Positions 39,361 through 51,605 of a stretch of 64,000 nt of DNA are shown here, one piece after another. Source of the DNA: Selaginella moellendorffii (Eukaryota > Plantae > Lycopodiophyta); assembly GCF_000143415.4 (NCBI RefSeq), contig NW_003314287.1:704203-768202 (forward strand). Direction: 5' to 3'. The notes beneath the pieces are model-generated. The model had not been told where the DNA came from and did no database searches. It saw nothing but the letters and a program-made list of their open reading frames with translations. Position numbers and translations under genes: made by a program. How positions within the stretch are numbered: the stretch's first letter is position 1; every line of letters starts with the position of its first letter.

Positions 39361-41003
39361 ATGGAGTTTCTCGTGGCTGCGCTTGCGCTGTGTGTGATCT
39401 TGGCAGGAGTGATGATCGACGGATCGGTGGTGAGCGATATTGTCCAGCCGATCGACATCCCAAAGGACGCTGTCAAATGCGCTCACCCCCTCGTCAATGC
39501 CGAGTTCTCGGGAGCTTCTCCGCTGATCGAGGTGAGTTTCTCATCATGGTTTCTCACACGAAGAACTTTTCCATCCAGACTATCTACGCGCCTTCCACCC
39601 AATGCGGGAGCGTTTGGACCAAGATCGTCCTCGAGCTCACCGGTTTTTGCAAGGGATCGTCCAAGGAGCAAAAAATCGGTGGAGTGTGGCTGGGTGGCGC
39701 TCAGATCCTCCACGCGAGCACCCCTCTCCCGACACCGGAGGGGACAAACTGGACGATCCAAAGGGACGCCACCAGTTTCGAATCTCTCTTCCTATCCAGC
39801 TCAAATCTCTCGCTCATCTTCTTGGATGTCACCGCCTCCTCCTCCACGAACTCGTCAATGCCATCGACGAAATCTTCCTACAGAATTAGCGTCACAGCCA
39901 ACTTCTACTTGTTCAAGGCATCCACCGCCGAAATCATCGATCAAGCTCGCGGAAGTCGCCGATTCTTCTCACCCCTGGCAGGAACATCGGCCGGTTTGTT
40001 CCCGCCCCTCGCTGTTCTCCCGATCCATCCACCACCCTCCAACTCCACCGGGCTTTGGTTCGTATTCCAAAACGATCAGGAATCCTCCGCCATGGTGACC
40101 CTTCCAACCAACGTCGTCAGTGCTCGCTTGCAGGTCTTCGTTTCCTCGCATGGTGACGACGAGTTTTGGTACAAGAAGGGAAGCTCCTCGGAGATGCGAG
40201 AGGTGGCGATCACTCTCGACGGTGCTGTGGTGGACGCGATCTGGCCGAGCCCGGTGATCTACAGCGCTGGGATCAATGCATCCTACTGGGAGTCTGTTGG
40301 ATCCATCGGCGCCTTGAACTCTCCTGGCTACGACGTCATCTTGGACGCGTTTGCTCCTGTTCTAGACGATGGAAAGCCCCATAAGCTTGGATTTCGAGTG
40401 ACCGGAGCCACCAGCATCTGGTTCTTGGGTGCCAGTTTGCTGATGTCCACCACCACTGCTACGAAAACAGGAGAGAGTGGCTTGATCCACTGGAGCGCGA
40501 GCGACACGATGATCTCTCATCCAGCACTCGGCACCACAGTGGCTTCCAGAAGCTTTTCTAGCGTGGGATACCACCTTGTGGACGGGACCAACTTCACCAC
40601 TTGGATCGAGCACGAGGTCCACTCTCGACGCTGGAACTCCGAGGATGGAAGTTTGCAGCTTCTCACGGAGTCCAAGGTGGTGCTCCTGGAGCAAGCTTCT
40701 GGTGATGCCATATATCTCCACTGGACTGACAAAACATCCGTGCCGGTGATGATATTGATGCGTGGTCTGGTACATCAGTCGTTCAACCATGAGTTTGATT
40801 CCGTGTTGAGGATTGGAAGCAACAATGGGGTTGTTCAAGGAGGGAACTTCACAAGCGTGTTCACAAACCTCCAAGTTTGTGGGGGCAAGGGTGTGAGACA
40901 GAGCTTGTCATATCGGAACACTGATGCAAGTTGCTACTCTAGAAATTTGCTGGTTGTTGACAATGAGTTTAAGTACGACAATGTCTCTACTAGCTGTATT
41001 TAG
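39361..41003 (+). CDS. Peptide-N-glycosidase A (PNGase A)-like protein; intron 39532-39578
   Basis: Signal peptide; WTKIVLEL..GVWLGGAQILHAST..WTIQRD; SHGDDEFWY; REV..LDG; phase-0 47-bp intron restores the frame. Confidence 0.82.
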
Positions 41004-43021
41004 AAAGAAAGTTAAAATGTTATTTTTAACTATAAACTTTATTGTCTTTTTAACTTTTCTGTCTTTTTTCTAGTATAAAGTTTTTAGTTTTTTAAGAATC
41101 CTTATGTAAATACATGTGTATATATATGTATTATTTTAAATAATACATTAATATAAGATATGGACCATTTATTTGGGATTGAATTTAGTCCATTCTTGTA
41201 TATAAACCAAATTAAACCCAAATTCCAAACACTCATATTAGTATTGCAATTTGTCTTTACAATGCTTTGTTCAATATGGGATTATACTTTTACTTTTGTG
41301 CTATCATTTTTCTTTTCTAGATTTGTTATAACTTTTCACCAGGTTTAATATTGTAATTTTTTGATCTATTCTTCTTTTGATCTTCATTATATTCTGTTCT
41401 TCTACTGTACCATGCTATTATCGATTGAAGAGTGTCTCATCCAAGACTATAAATGATGTGTTATTATTGTTCTCAACGACATTATTCTTGTAGTTGTGTC
41501 CTCTTCAGATCAAGCTTTTAGTGTTGTGCAATGTGATCCTATGTGATGCTATATCAATTCTTAATGTGTTGCTATCTTTAGCTTTCATAGGACATGATTT
41601 TATGATTAATTATAATATCAATTGAAGATCTACAATTCAAATCTTAAAGAGTGTTTGATGATCGAGTTTATAGGAAGATGATATTTGGAATCCTACTATA
41701 AGTAATTTGATTATTTTGAGTAAGTTCGGAGACAAATTGTAGATTTTGCAAAGTAGGTTTAATTTGCCATTTAATCATTTCTTTTTGTATTTTGCTCTTT
41801 CTCAACCTTTTCTTATTTCTTGTTTTTTCCTCATCTATAGTATTTTATTCTCTTGGCACATTAATTATTTGTGATTTTTATGATTTTCATTCTTAATTAA
41901 ATATTGAGTTGAGTGTTTTCTATCTTTCTTATAAATTTTAAATATATATATAAAGTTGAGAATCTTATTTTTGTTGGTAGAGTCTTTGATTAACTTTGGT
42001 ATTGAGTATTCCTCTATTCTAAGGGTTAAGTCATTTTTGTCAAACTTTTGGGTTGAGTGCGATACCCTCAATTATGAATGTTGTTAAGAATTTTTGTTTT
42101 ACCATTGTTACTGAAGAGTGTATGTGTTCTTTTGAGAGTTTAAAGTTTTTTATTAATTTTCTAATCTCAAGTGTTAAGTTGTGTGTTAAGCAAGTTGAGT
42201 AGTGTAAATCCCTTATCTTATAGTGGCTAAAGTATTTATAATAGGAGGTCCCTTATTTTCTAAGCTTTGAGCATATTTCATTTTTTTATTTCCTTATTTT
42301 TGCTTTAATAGTTGTTAAAAATTCCTCTTTTTATGCTTTTTAATCCATTTTTTTTCTTCTATAATGTTTCTTTTTTAATTTTTCTTACTTTCTCCTTTTT
42401 GCTATGATGTTTCTTTTTCTTTAGAGGACAAAGTAGAAGGGATGCATAGGAGTCCAATCTTGATGATGGAGAGAGGATGAATAGATTTAGTAGTGGAGCA
42501 AGGATAAAAGACATAAATTGCAAAGTGAGGATGAGCATAATGAGTCTAAATAGGATATTTAGCTCTAATGTAGTGAAATTGAACAAATGGAATAGTGGAG
42601 TGAGGTTGAATATAGATGGTGAAATAAAAATGATTGCAATAAATATTGAATAGAGTTAGTGATTTGAAACTTTTTTTTCCTTCGAGAAAGGGATAAAAAG
42701 GATGTGAAAGATGAATAAAATAATTCCGACCTCCCATATATAATGCTCTACAAGGTTGAAAGTTATAAGTTTGAATTGACTAAAGGGAAGATGCAAAATA
42801 AACAAATATGATATGTTGTTTGCTATAATAATATTTTGTAGATTGTTATGGTTTTCAAAGTTCAGTTTAAAGTTGGTTTGAACATTTAATAATGGTTTGA
42901 ACATTTAATAGTTGCATATAGAATTATAGCTAATTCATCAATCGACTGATACTTGTGCCATGACTTTGGGTTTTGTTTCTATCATGGTTGTCAACAATTA
43001 TATTGATGGGCTTTAGATTCT

Positions 43022-43310
<289 letters not shown>

Positions 43311-44689
43311 AGATAGTATCAATTTACTTTTATATTGAATGGAATCAATGATTAGTAATATTATACCAGAAGTTATACCAAAATGTCAGAATATTAGATT
43401 TACATTAAATGATCATAATTATGGGTATTAAGAAGTTGTAAATCAATTATAGGTATATAGTTTGAGTAGAAAGGGTTATTTATATGTCATAAATACAAAT
43501 AAAAATCTAGAAAAAAGAAGAAAAAGATGCTATAAATATTTATAGTAATTATAATATCTTTATTCTATACATGATTGAGCTGCATCTTTCATAATTCTTA
43601 TGATATTGGCTATGTTCTTAGAAATCAAGGACATGAGTATGGACCAAGAAATTATATCAATTATAAAATATAAAGAGAATTTTTTTAGAAACATTTTTTT
43701 CACTTCAAAATAATTGCAATTTATTTCTATATAAATCTAATCAGCATGAAATCAAACACAACATCTTTGTTATGGTAATTAAAATGGACCCTAAATAAGA
43801 ACTAATCTCAAATAAGTTATCACTTCCTTCTTAAATAGCTAACTAATTTATTTTACAAAATTCCAAAAGCTTACACCATTTTTCATGATAAATAAATTTT
43901 ATCTAAATTGTTATATAGATAAAATTTACTGATAAGTACTATATTAATAATGATAATGGATATTTCACATGAATGGTGCAAATGGAGGTAGAGGCTCCTA
44001 AATCATGGGTTGACACTCCACATGAGGTGTTTAAGGATTTTTCTGATGACATCTAAGTTATACAGATGGAAGTTTTATATGATGCTTCTTGTGAGATGAC
44101 TATTCTTTTGTTAGTTCAATTTAAATTTGCAAAGCAATTAGGCTAGTTGTAAATGAAAAAATAACAACTCTCACTTATATTTGAATATAAATTGAATGTT
44201 CCTTTTTTTAAAATCATTTTTATCTTTTTGGTCAATTAAGCAAACTTAGGTAGTGAATATGCCTAGAATATACTTGGATATTCTCTCATCAAATGGTTGT
44301 TATTCATTTAGATTAATCTTGTATTTATAATTTATAAATATATTTATAGAAACTTCCAGTATATTCTATTTTATTCTACCATTTAGTGGTTGACATGTAA
44401 TAAGATTAATCTTGTTTTTATAATTTATCAGCATATATGAATGCTTGGAATATAGAAAGGGAATACAGAAAATATACATATGAATTAGCCCAAAAACCTT
44501 AGCTTATATATAGGAGCAAGTGGTCCAAATTGAAACCAATCTGATGGTTACCAAAGTCCCACTACACTAATATTAATATATAGCATCGTAACCATATATT
44601 TGGCACTCATAGCATTCCCTCCTCTCGGAATAATGGAAGACCATTAGGGTTTGTTGTAGATGGACTGGGATCTGGAGGAACATCAAAAG

Positions 44690-45504
44690 TGTAAGCAACC
44701 AAAGGGAACGACTCAAGAGACGATTCGTTAGGGTTCAAATATAGAGGGAAAGGCCCTATGAACAAGAATGCACCCCCTTTTCCAATCAGTTAAGGGTCTT
44801 GGGATATTTGGAGTTAAGTGTCCTTGGGTTTAAATAGTACTGGGCTGGGTGACCTCCTGGGAAGTCGAAACTCAGAAGCTTACATTTGGTATTAGAGGGG
44901 TCTCAGATCCGACTCTGTTGGTTGGCTAAAGGAATCACACCACATTCGTTTGTTCCCGCTGGGCTTGACCCAAGGGGTAGGGTGTTAAGAGAGTGGGGCT
45001 CTCGGGAGAGCTGTGGCTCTCAACTTCCGTTCACGAGGGCGTGAACTTGAAAGGAAGCGTGGTGGATTGTAAGCAACCAAAGGGAACGACTCGAGAAACG
45101 ATCCCTTGGGGTTCAAATATAGAGGGAAAGGGCCCTTGAAAGGAAGCGTGGTGGATTGTAAGCAACCAAAGGGAACGACTCGAGAAACGATCCCTTGGGG
45201 TTCAAATATAGAGGGAAAGGGCCCATGTCAAGAGAGTGGGGCTCTCGGGAGAGCTGCGGCTCTCAGCTTCTGTTCACGAGGGCGTGAACTTGAAAGGAAG
45301 CGTGGTGGATTGTAAACAACCAAAGGGAATGACTCGAGAAACAATCCGTTGGGGTTCAAATATAGAGGGAAAGGGCCCATGAATAAAAGTGCACCCCCTT
45401 TTCCAATCAGTTAAGGGTTTTGGGATATTTGGAGTTAAGCGTCCTTGGGTTTGAATAATACTGGTTGGGTGACCTCCTAGGAAGTCCAAACTTAGGAGCT
45501 TACA
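44690..45504 (+). mobile_element. Cassandra-like TRIM with 5S rRNA-derived LTRs
   Basis: LTRs 44690-44884 and 45311-45504 (TGTAAGC..GCTTACA); PBS TGGTATTAGAG; PPT-like tract; TSD AAAAG; 5S-like AGTTAAGCGT..GGGTGACCTCCTGGGAAGTC. Confidence 0.9.
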
Positions 45505-45775
45505 AAAAGGAGGCCTGATCCCTTTATATAGCACATGCACAATCTCTGGAGGATCGATTTGCTAGACATCAAACTTGTAGTCCAACTTGTTACAATACCT
45601 GATACAGTCCTTTCCACTAAGCAAGGAGGATCGATTTGCTAGACATCAAACTTGTAGTCCAACTTGCTACAATATCTGATACAGTCCTTTCCACTAAGCA
45701 AGGAGCCCTTTAGATAAACCACGTACCATAAGATGGGGAAAACAGACTAACACTAAGTCATCCACTTTATACTCC

Positions 45776-45954
45776 CCATGTTGAATATTCCTTCAGAATA
45801 TTCCTGCCCCACTTGTCAGCCACGAGAATCGAACTGGGCTCCGATACCAATGTTAGGATCCTATCCCTTACACCCTAAGCCAACTGGCTAAAGGGGTGAT
45901 CACTTGATTGCAGGGCCCTTTCTTTATCCTATTATCCTGACCTGGTGCCTAACA
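45776..45954 (-). mobile_element. Truncated short-LTR retroelement (second TRIM-like family)
   Basis: 104-bp TGTTAGG...CCTAACA LTR at 45851-45954, followed on the minus strand by PBS TGGTATCGGAGCCCAGTTCGATTC. Confidence 0.75.
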
Positions 45955-46662
45955 ATACCTGATACAGTCCTTTCCACTAAGCAAGGAGCCCTTTAGATAA
46001 ACCACGTACCATAAGATGGGGAAAACAGACTAACACTAAGTCATCCACTTTATACTCCACAAGTGGACGATGATAAGAGTTGTAGCACCGTTATTGTCCC
46101 ACTTGTACACGGCCTAAGTGTTCAGCAAACTTTGCTTAGACAAGTGGAAAAATGCTCGTCAAATACTAATCCCACGACCTAGCATCAACAACTCGTTCAT
46201 GAGCCGGTCAACCACTACAACACAAAAATTGTCGGAGGGATTGGAAACAAGAAGAGTAGAGCAAGATGGAAACATAGGAGGAAGTAATGGAGGGACGAAA
46301 GTAATGGATACAGTTTATATATAAGAGTAAATGGTTTAGATTGAAACTAATTTGATAGCTACCAAAATCCCACTATGTTAATATTAGTATACAACATCAT
46401 AGCCATACATTTGGCCCTCACACATATTTATAATTATAAACCTCTAATTAATCAATTAGATTAATAAATAATACAGCTTATAATAATATTCCTTATAAAA
46501 ATTTATAGCTATTTGGGAGTGAACTAAAATAAAAAATCTATCAATTTAAAGAGTAATAAATATCTTTATTTTAGAATGGTTTTTTGTTTCTACTAATCTT
46601 GATTAAATGTAAAAGTGCAATTAACTACTACTTATCTTAAACTGATGAATATGAGGAATAAA

Positions 46663-48234
46663 CTACATTCCTAGGATTGTTTGTATTTTACTCAAAAGTC
46701 CTATTACGTAATCACACAAATCTTGGTGCACTCTAGCTGAGACAACATTCAGCAAGACTGATTTCACGCTGAGTAGATCAAATGAAAGGTAAGTATTGTC
46801 TTTTCTGTCCAGTATCATCTCCAGGATTCCAGCGAGAAAGACCACGAAATCCTTGTAGTTCATGCCTGCAAAGATTGGCAATCAAACCAAGCAGTAACAA
46901 GATAAAGAAACCTGAGTTTGCTGCAAGATTCCGCTGGCAGAGCGTTTCAAAATCGTCGCTGATGTCTCTTACGTCCTCAATTGAAGCAACAGTGTCCCTG
47001 TAATCATCTTCAAGGAGACGCCACTGAAATATCACTTAAGAAAAGAAACAAAACGCTCATTCGAATCAAACATACTCACCACCCAATGGAGATTGCAGGC
47101 GTTGAACCAGTTGTGATTGATCGAGATCACGTCTTCCTGCACAAAATGCGAATGTTTTCTGATCACTGAAAAATCCAAACATCATCGCTACCAGATTGGT
47201 TACTTGGTGATACCATCCACTCGGAACAAAGATGATATCGCCTGGATTTTGGATGCACTCCGTCCAACTCGTCTGGCAAAGTTTAAGAAAACAGTCGATA
47301 CAGCAGGAATTGCAAACAAACCTTGGAAAAATCTGGAAACTCGTCCACCGTTCCATAAATATCATACACGGTGTTCTTTTTGTGCCTAGAAAGGTGAAAC
47401 AAAACAAGGAGATCAAAGCGGTGAAAAAAAGCATCGAAACTTTTCACCTGTCAAACAAAAATGGAGTTTGCTCCGGTGGCAAGAGATGCCAGAGTTTTCT
47501 TCCACACACATTTCCAGACCAGCTATAAGACCTGAAAACGTCGGCGTGCAATGGAGTCCATGTACCTTCACAAATATCACTTGAGAAATCTCCAGAGAAA
47601 AAATTAGACTAGCTTTTTACCTGCTGGTCCCATATAGACGAAACGATAGTCGGAAGAAGGCACGGTATCGCCGGAGCTATGCCAGGAGTTTGAGTCTAGA
47701 AATTGGTTGAGCCAATCGTCAGAGAAAAAGATCGGAGTTTCATAAGCGCCATAGTCTGGAAACTCCTGCTCCAATCGAAACTTGGTAAGTTCTTCTAGCT
47801 AAAAAGAAGAACCAAAGCTCACCTTCACAAAATGCCAATCCTTGAGATAGAGCAACGCTCGGCGCTCAGGATCGTCGCTCTTCCAATGCTCCACAAACTC
47901 AGACACCGTCATCTCCAAACGCTTCTGGTCCGTGAATTCTCTCTCGCCACAGTGTGCAACCTGGAGGAGCTTAATCGATTCCCAATGGAAGAAATTCCAT
48001 TTCTCTTCCAGTGAAAAGTACCTGGATCTTGGAGCCGCCAAAGTTGCGAGCAAGAAACTCGAGGTCGGGTTTGCCATGGTCGTCCACCCAGTCCCTAGAT
48101 GCCCGCCAGTGCTCCATCAATCCCGTGACAAGCACGGGCTTGTTAGGCAGGAGATAGCACCCGCGGAATTCCTGGTAGCTCAAGCTCGTCCCATCTTCCA
48201 CGGGCACACACCCCCCTACATTGATTCTTCCCAT
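46663..48234 (-). CDS. JMJD4: JmjC-domain 2OG/Fe(II) oxygenase, JMJD4-like
   Basis: PNKPVLVTG, LYLKDWHF, DYRFVYMG, WTPLHADVFRSYSWS, PGDIIFVPSGWYHQV. Confidence 0.88.
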
Positions 48235-48384
48235 AAACCCTAGAACTTTTAGATTCAAGAATATTCTTAAAACATAATAAACCCGAATATGCTCATAGAT
48301 TTGAATTTTAGCTCCTCTCTCTCTCTCTCTCTCTCTCTCTAATGGAAACGCTTTTATATACTATACCTGGCTATGGCGCTCGCG

Positions 48385-51300
48385 CTAGCTAGAGCTATAG
48401 GCTTGCCTCCTCAAAACAGTGATGGGCAGCCTCACTGTGTGTCCGAGATCGCCCACCAGCCTCATCTCTCCAAAACTAAACTCCTCGGACGAGTCCCTGG
48501 CCCGGACTAGAATGCCCAGCGACACCGATCGCCCGGGATCCACCGCAAACGCGGACGGCTTAACGCTCACCGCCACGCCCGCCGGGTTGGTCACCACCAC
48601 GCGGTACTTCTCCGTCTTGGCCCCGACGCTGGTGGCGGTCCTTGGAACGCGCCTCTCGCCGCCCAAGCTGGAGATGGTTATCGATGGTAAGTTGAGGTCC
48701 GACATTAGCCCCGCCGGCTGCGAGCACCGCTCCCTCGTCGCGTTGAAGATGGCGGTGGCGTTCACGCCGGGAACCGCGCACAAGAACTTGATATAGTCAC
48801 CGTATCCTGTGCATGGATGGGATGAATTATCGATCGAGTGATCTTTGAGCCACGAACACGAAGGACCTACCTGCGTCGAAGACGAGGCCCGGATCCAGCG
48901 CGGCCTTTGGATTGATGGCTCCGTGGCCGTAGTCGAACGGGGTGGCGCTCTCGAGGTCCGACGACGCAGAGCTCGAAGGCTTGCTCCCGTTGTTCCTCGT
49001 GCTTGTGGCGTTTGATCCTCTCGAGCCCCCTGCCGCGTTAACGTGCTGCGCGAGCAGCGGACTCCCGCGGTTGTCCGTGGTGGAAGCGGTGGTCATCATC
49101 GCCGAGGCGATCACCGCGGGGCTCCGGCCGGGGAACTCCTTCTTGAGCAGCGCCGCGATGCCTGCTACGTGCGGGCTCGCCATGCTCGTCCCGGAAACAA
49201 GAGCGAAGTTCTTCCCTGGCATGGACATGGATCTTTGTCAACTTTTCTCTCTGCATAGATCCATACCTTGGAAGTTTGGCTCGTCCGTTCCACTGGGAGT
49301 CCAGGCTCCCCAGATGAGCGATCCGGGGGCGAGGATGTTTGGCTTGAGAACGTCGGCGTCCTGGAACGCGAAGTTCCTCACGTCGGGGCCGCGAGACGAG
49401 TAGAGAGCAACCTGTGGAGCCGAGCTGTTGAACACCGCCTCTTGTCCATTCCCGATCTTGGCCGTGGCATTGAAACTCGCAGCCTTTCCATTCGCTGCCC
49501 GGGTGGTGGACGAGTTGTAGTAGCGTAGAAGCTCCTGTGCAAAGAACGAGTTTGCTATCAGGAACTTAAAGAATCTAGCTATGGAGCTTCTTACCTCCGA
49601 GCTCTCGGAAGTTGTGATGACGATCCCGGGAACCGAGATTGGAACCGGCTCAAACTTGCTCCCGGCCAAGTCCGACTCCACAACCAGGACGAATCCCACG
49701 GCGCTGAGGTTGGCGACGGTGGCGGCGACTTGGTGGACGGTGGCACCACCGAAGATAAAGCTGAAGGAGAAGGTGCATATCAGTACCTTTCCCTTGACAA
49801 GCTGGGCGTTGAAAAGGCTCGGGTCCTGGCAATCGTTGGGACTGAAGAAATAGTTTGAGCTGTTTCCAACCGCGTCCTTGGCGAGGATCATGCTGTACGT
49901 GCTGCTTCCTGGAGTTGGAGCTGGATTGAAAAATGACACAGCAAAAGGAAAGTGTTTAGTTTCGAAAAATTTGGGAAGTAAGATCATGAAAAGTTTGTTT
50001 TGGAATCATGGAAAGTTTAGATCATGAAAAGTTTCGAATAAGTACGAACTTACGAGCGAGACCAACACCGGGGAGAGTTTTAGCGTTGCCGAGGCTGATA
50101 TAGTTTGGATAGCTCCGGTCGTCGAGTCCTGCGGCCACGGTGGCGATCCAGGGGCTGAAAGAGACGATGGTCCGAGGATACGGCCCTCCATTCCCAGCCG
50201 CCTGAGCAACAAAGACGCCTTGTTTCACTGCTGCCAGGATAGCCATGTCGAAAACGTTGAGAAAAGTGGCACTGCTGCTGCTGGGAGGACTGTTGGGACC
50301 AACGGAGAGATTTAAAACGTCCACTCCATCCTCTACGGCCTGTGTGAAGTTCCCGAGAGAAGAACAATAAGTTTGTGAAAAGATTTGCGAAAGTTTCGCT
50401 TGCTTGCCTTGTCTATGGCTGCCACAACGTCTGCTACGAATCCTCCAAATTGCCTATACAGCGCCTTGTACACTGCTATCCTGCTCAAAGAAGCTTTCAG
50501 TACGTAATAAAGAGAAATGTTCACCAGGAAAAAATATCCCTGTCCAAGCTCACCTTGCTCGTGGTGCCATACCACTCGCTTTCCCGTAGCTGTACCCGTT
50601 TATCGTCACAGGGACGTTGTAATTTCCAGCTGCGATTGATGCAGTGTGGCTGTAAAAAACGTAAAAAGGAAAAACAAATTACATTTTTCTCCAGAAAAAT
50701 ACGTTTTTGGAAGTGGAAGCTCGAGCTTACGATCCATGGCCATCGCCGTCGAGAGGAGAATCGAAGTCCACAGACGCGTTGAAGTTGCCGGAAGCCGTGG
50801 CGGCAGCGGCAAAGTGTCGAGCTCCAACGATCTTGCCATTGCAAAACGAGGCCACCTCGCAAGAGCCTCGAAAGCTTTTCAAGCCGCTCGACGTGTTGGA
50901 GGAGGAGTTGGAAGCGAAAGCTTGCCCCGAGAAACTTGGATGCGTGGGATCAATGCCAGTGTCGATGATCCCCACAACGATCCCGTCACCCGCATTGCCG
51001 GCGCCACCCTGCTGCGACCACACTCCGGTCGGGAGTCCCAGGAAATCGGGGGTGTGTGTCGTGAGCTTGCTCACTCTCCAATCTTTTTGGACGAGCATCA
51101 CTCCCGGGGCTGACTTGAGTGTGTCTGCCTTCAAGAGCAAGAAATCGAGTCAAGTTCGAGAGTTTGTTCTTCATTTTCTTGAGAAGTTGAAAAAAAAAAG
51201 CGAACAACAACTTACCTGGTGATCTTGGAGTTTCACGGCGAAGCCATTGATCAAGTGGTGGTAGCTGTAGAGCTTCTGGTAGCCGGCGCCGCTGCTAGCG

Positions 51301-51605
51301 AAAGTTTCTTGCAAGAACTTGTCGTGCTGCTGGACGAGACGAGATTTGTAGAGCTCCACTGTGTTCTTCGTGGAGCTGGATATCATAACATCGATCACGA
51401 AAGAATTACACGAACGTTTCTTCTCTTTCACTCACCTGGATTTGCCGATTCCGATGTCCACCTCCTCCGCTCCAAACGCCTCCGCGTAGCTGGACACTGG
51501 ATCCCCTTCCATGATCACCATGTACACTTCTCCATTCGAAGGGAAAGCCAGGAGCTCCAGCAGGAGCGACAATGCAAGCAGCATTCCTGTGACGATCAAT
51601 GCCAT
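48385..51605 (-). CDS. Subtilisin-like serine protease (S8, SBT2-like), second paralog
   Basis: Signal peptide; KLYSYHHLINGFA; IDTG / DGHGS / SGTSMASPH. Confidence 0.93.

Larger units (their letters stand above)
44436..46422 (-). mobile_element. Decayed, internally deleted copy of the same gypsy family
   Basis: Reverse-complement LTR at 44436-44611, PPT, integrase and PR-RT linker fragments, partial 5' LTR ending 46422; TSD CATA. Confidence 0.9.

Noticed and set aside
44812-44866. Stand-alone 5S rRNA gene
   Set aside because: Only the internal control region matches and it sits within LTRs
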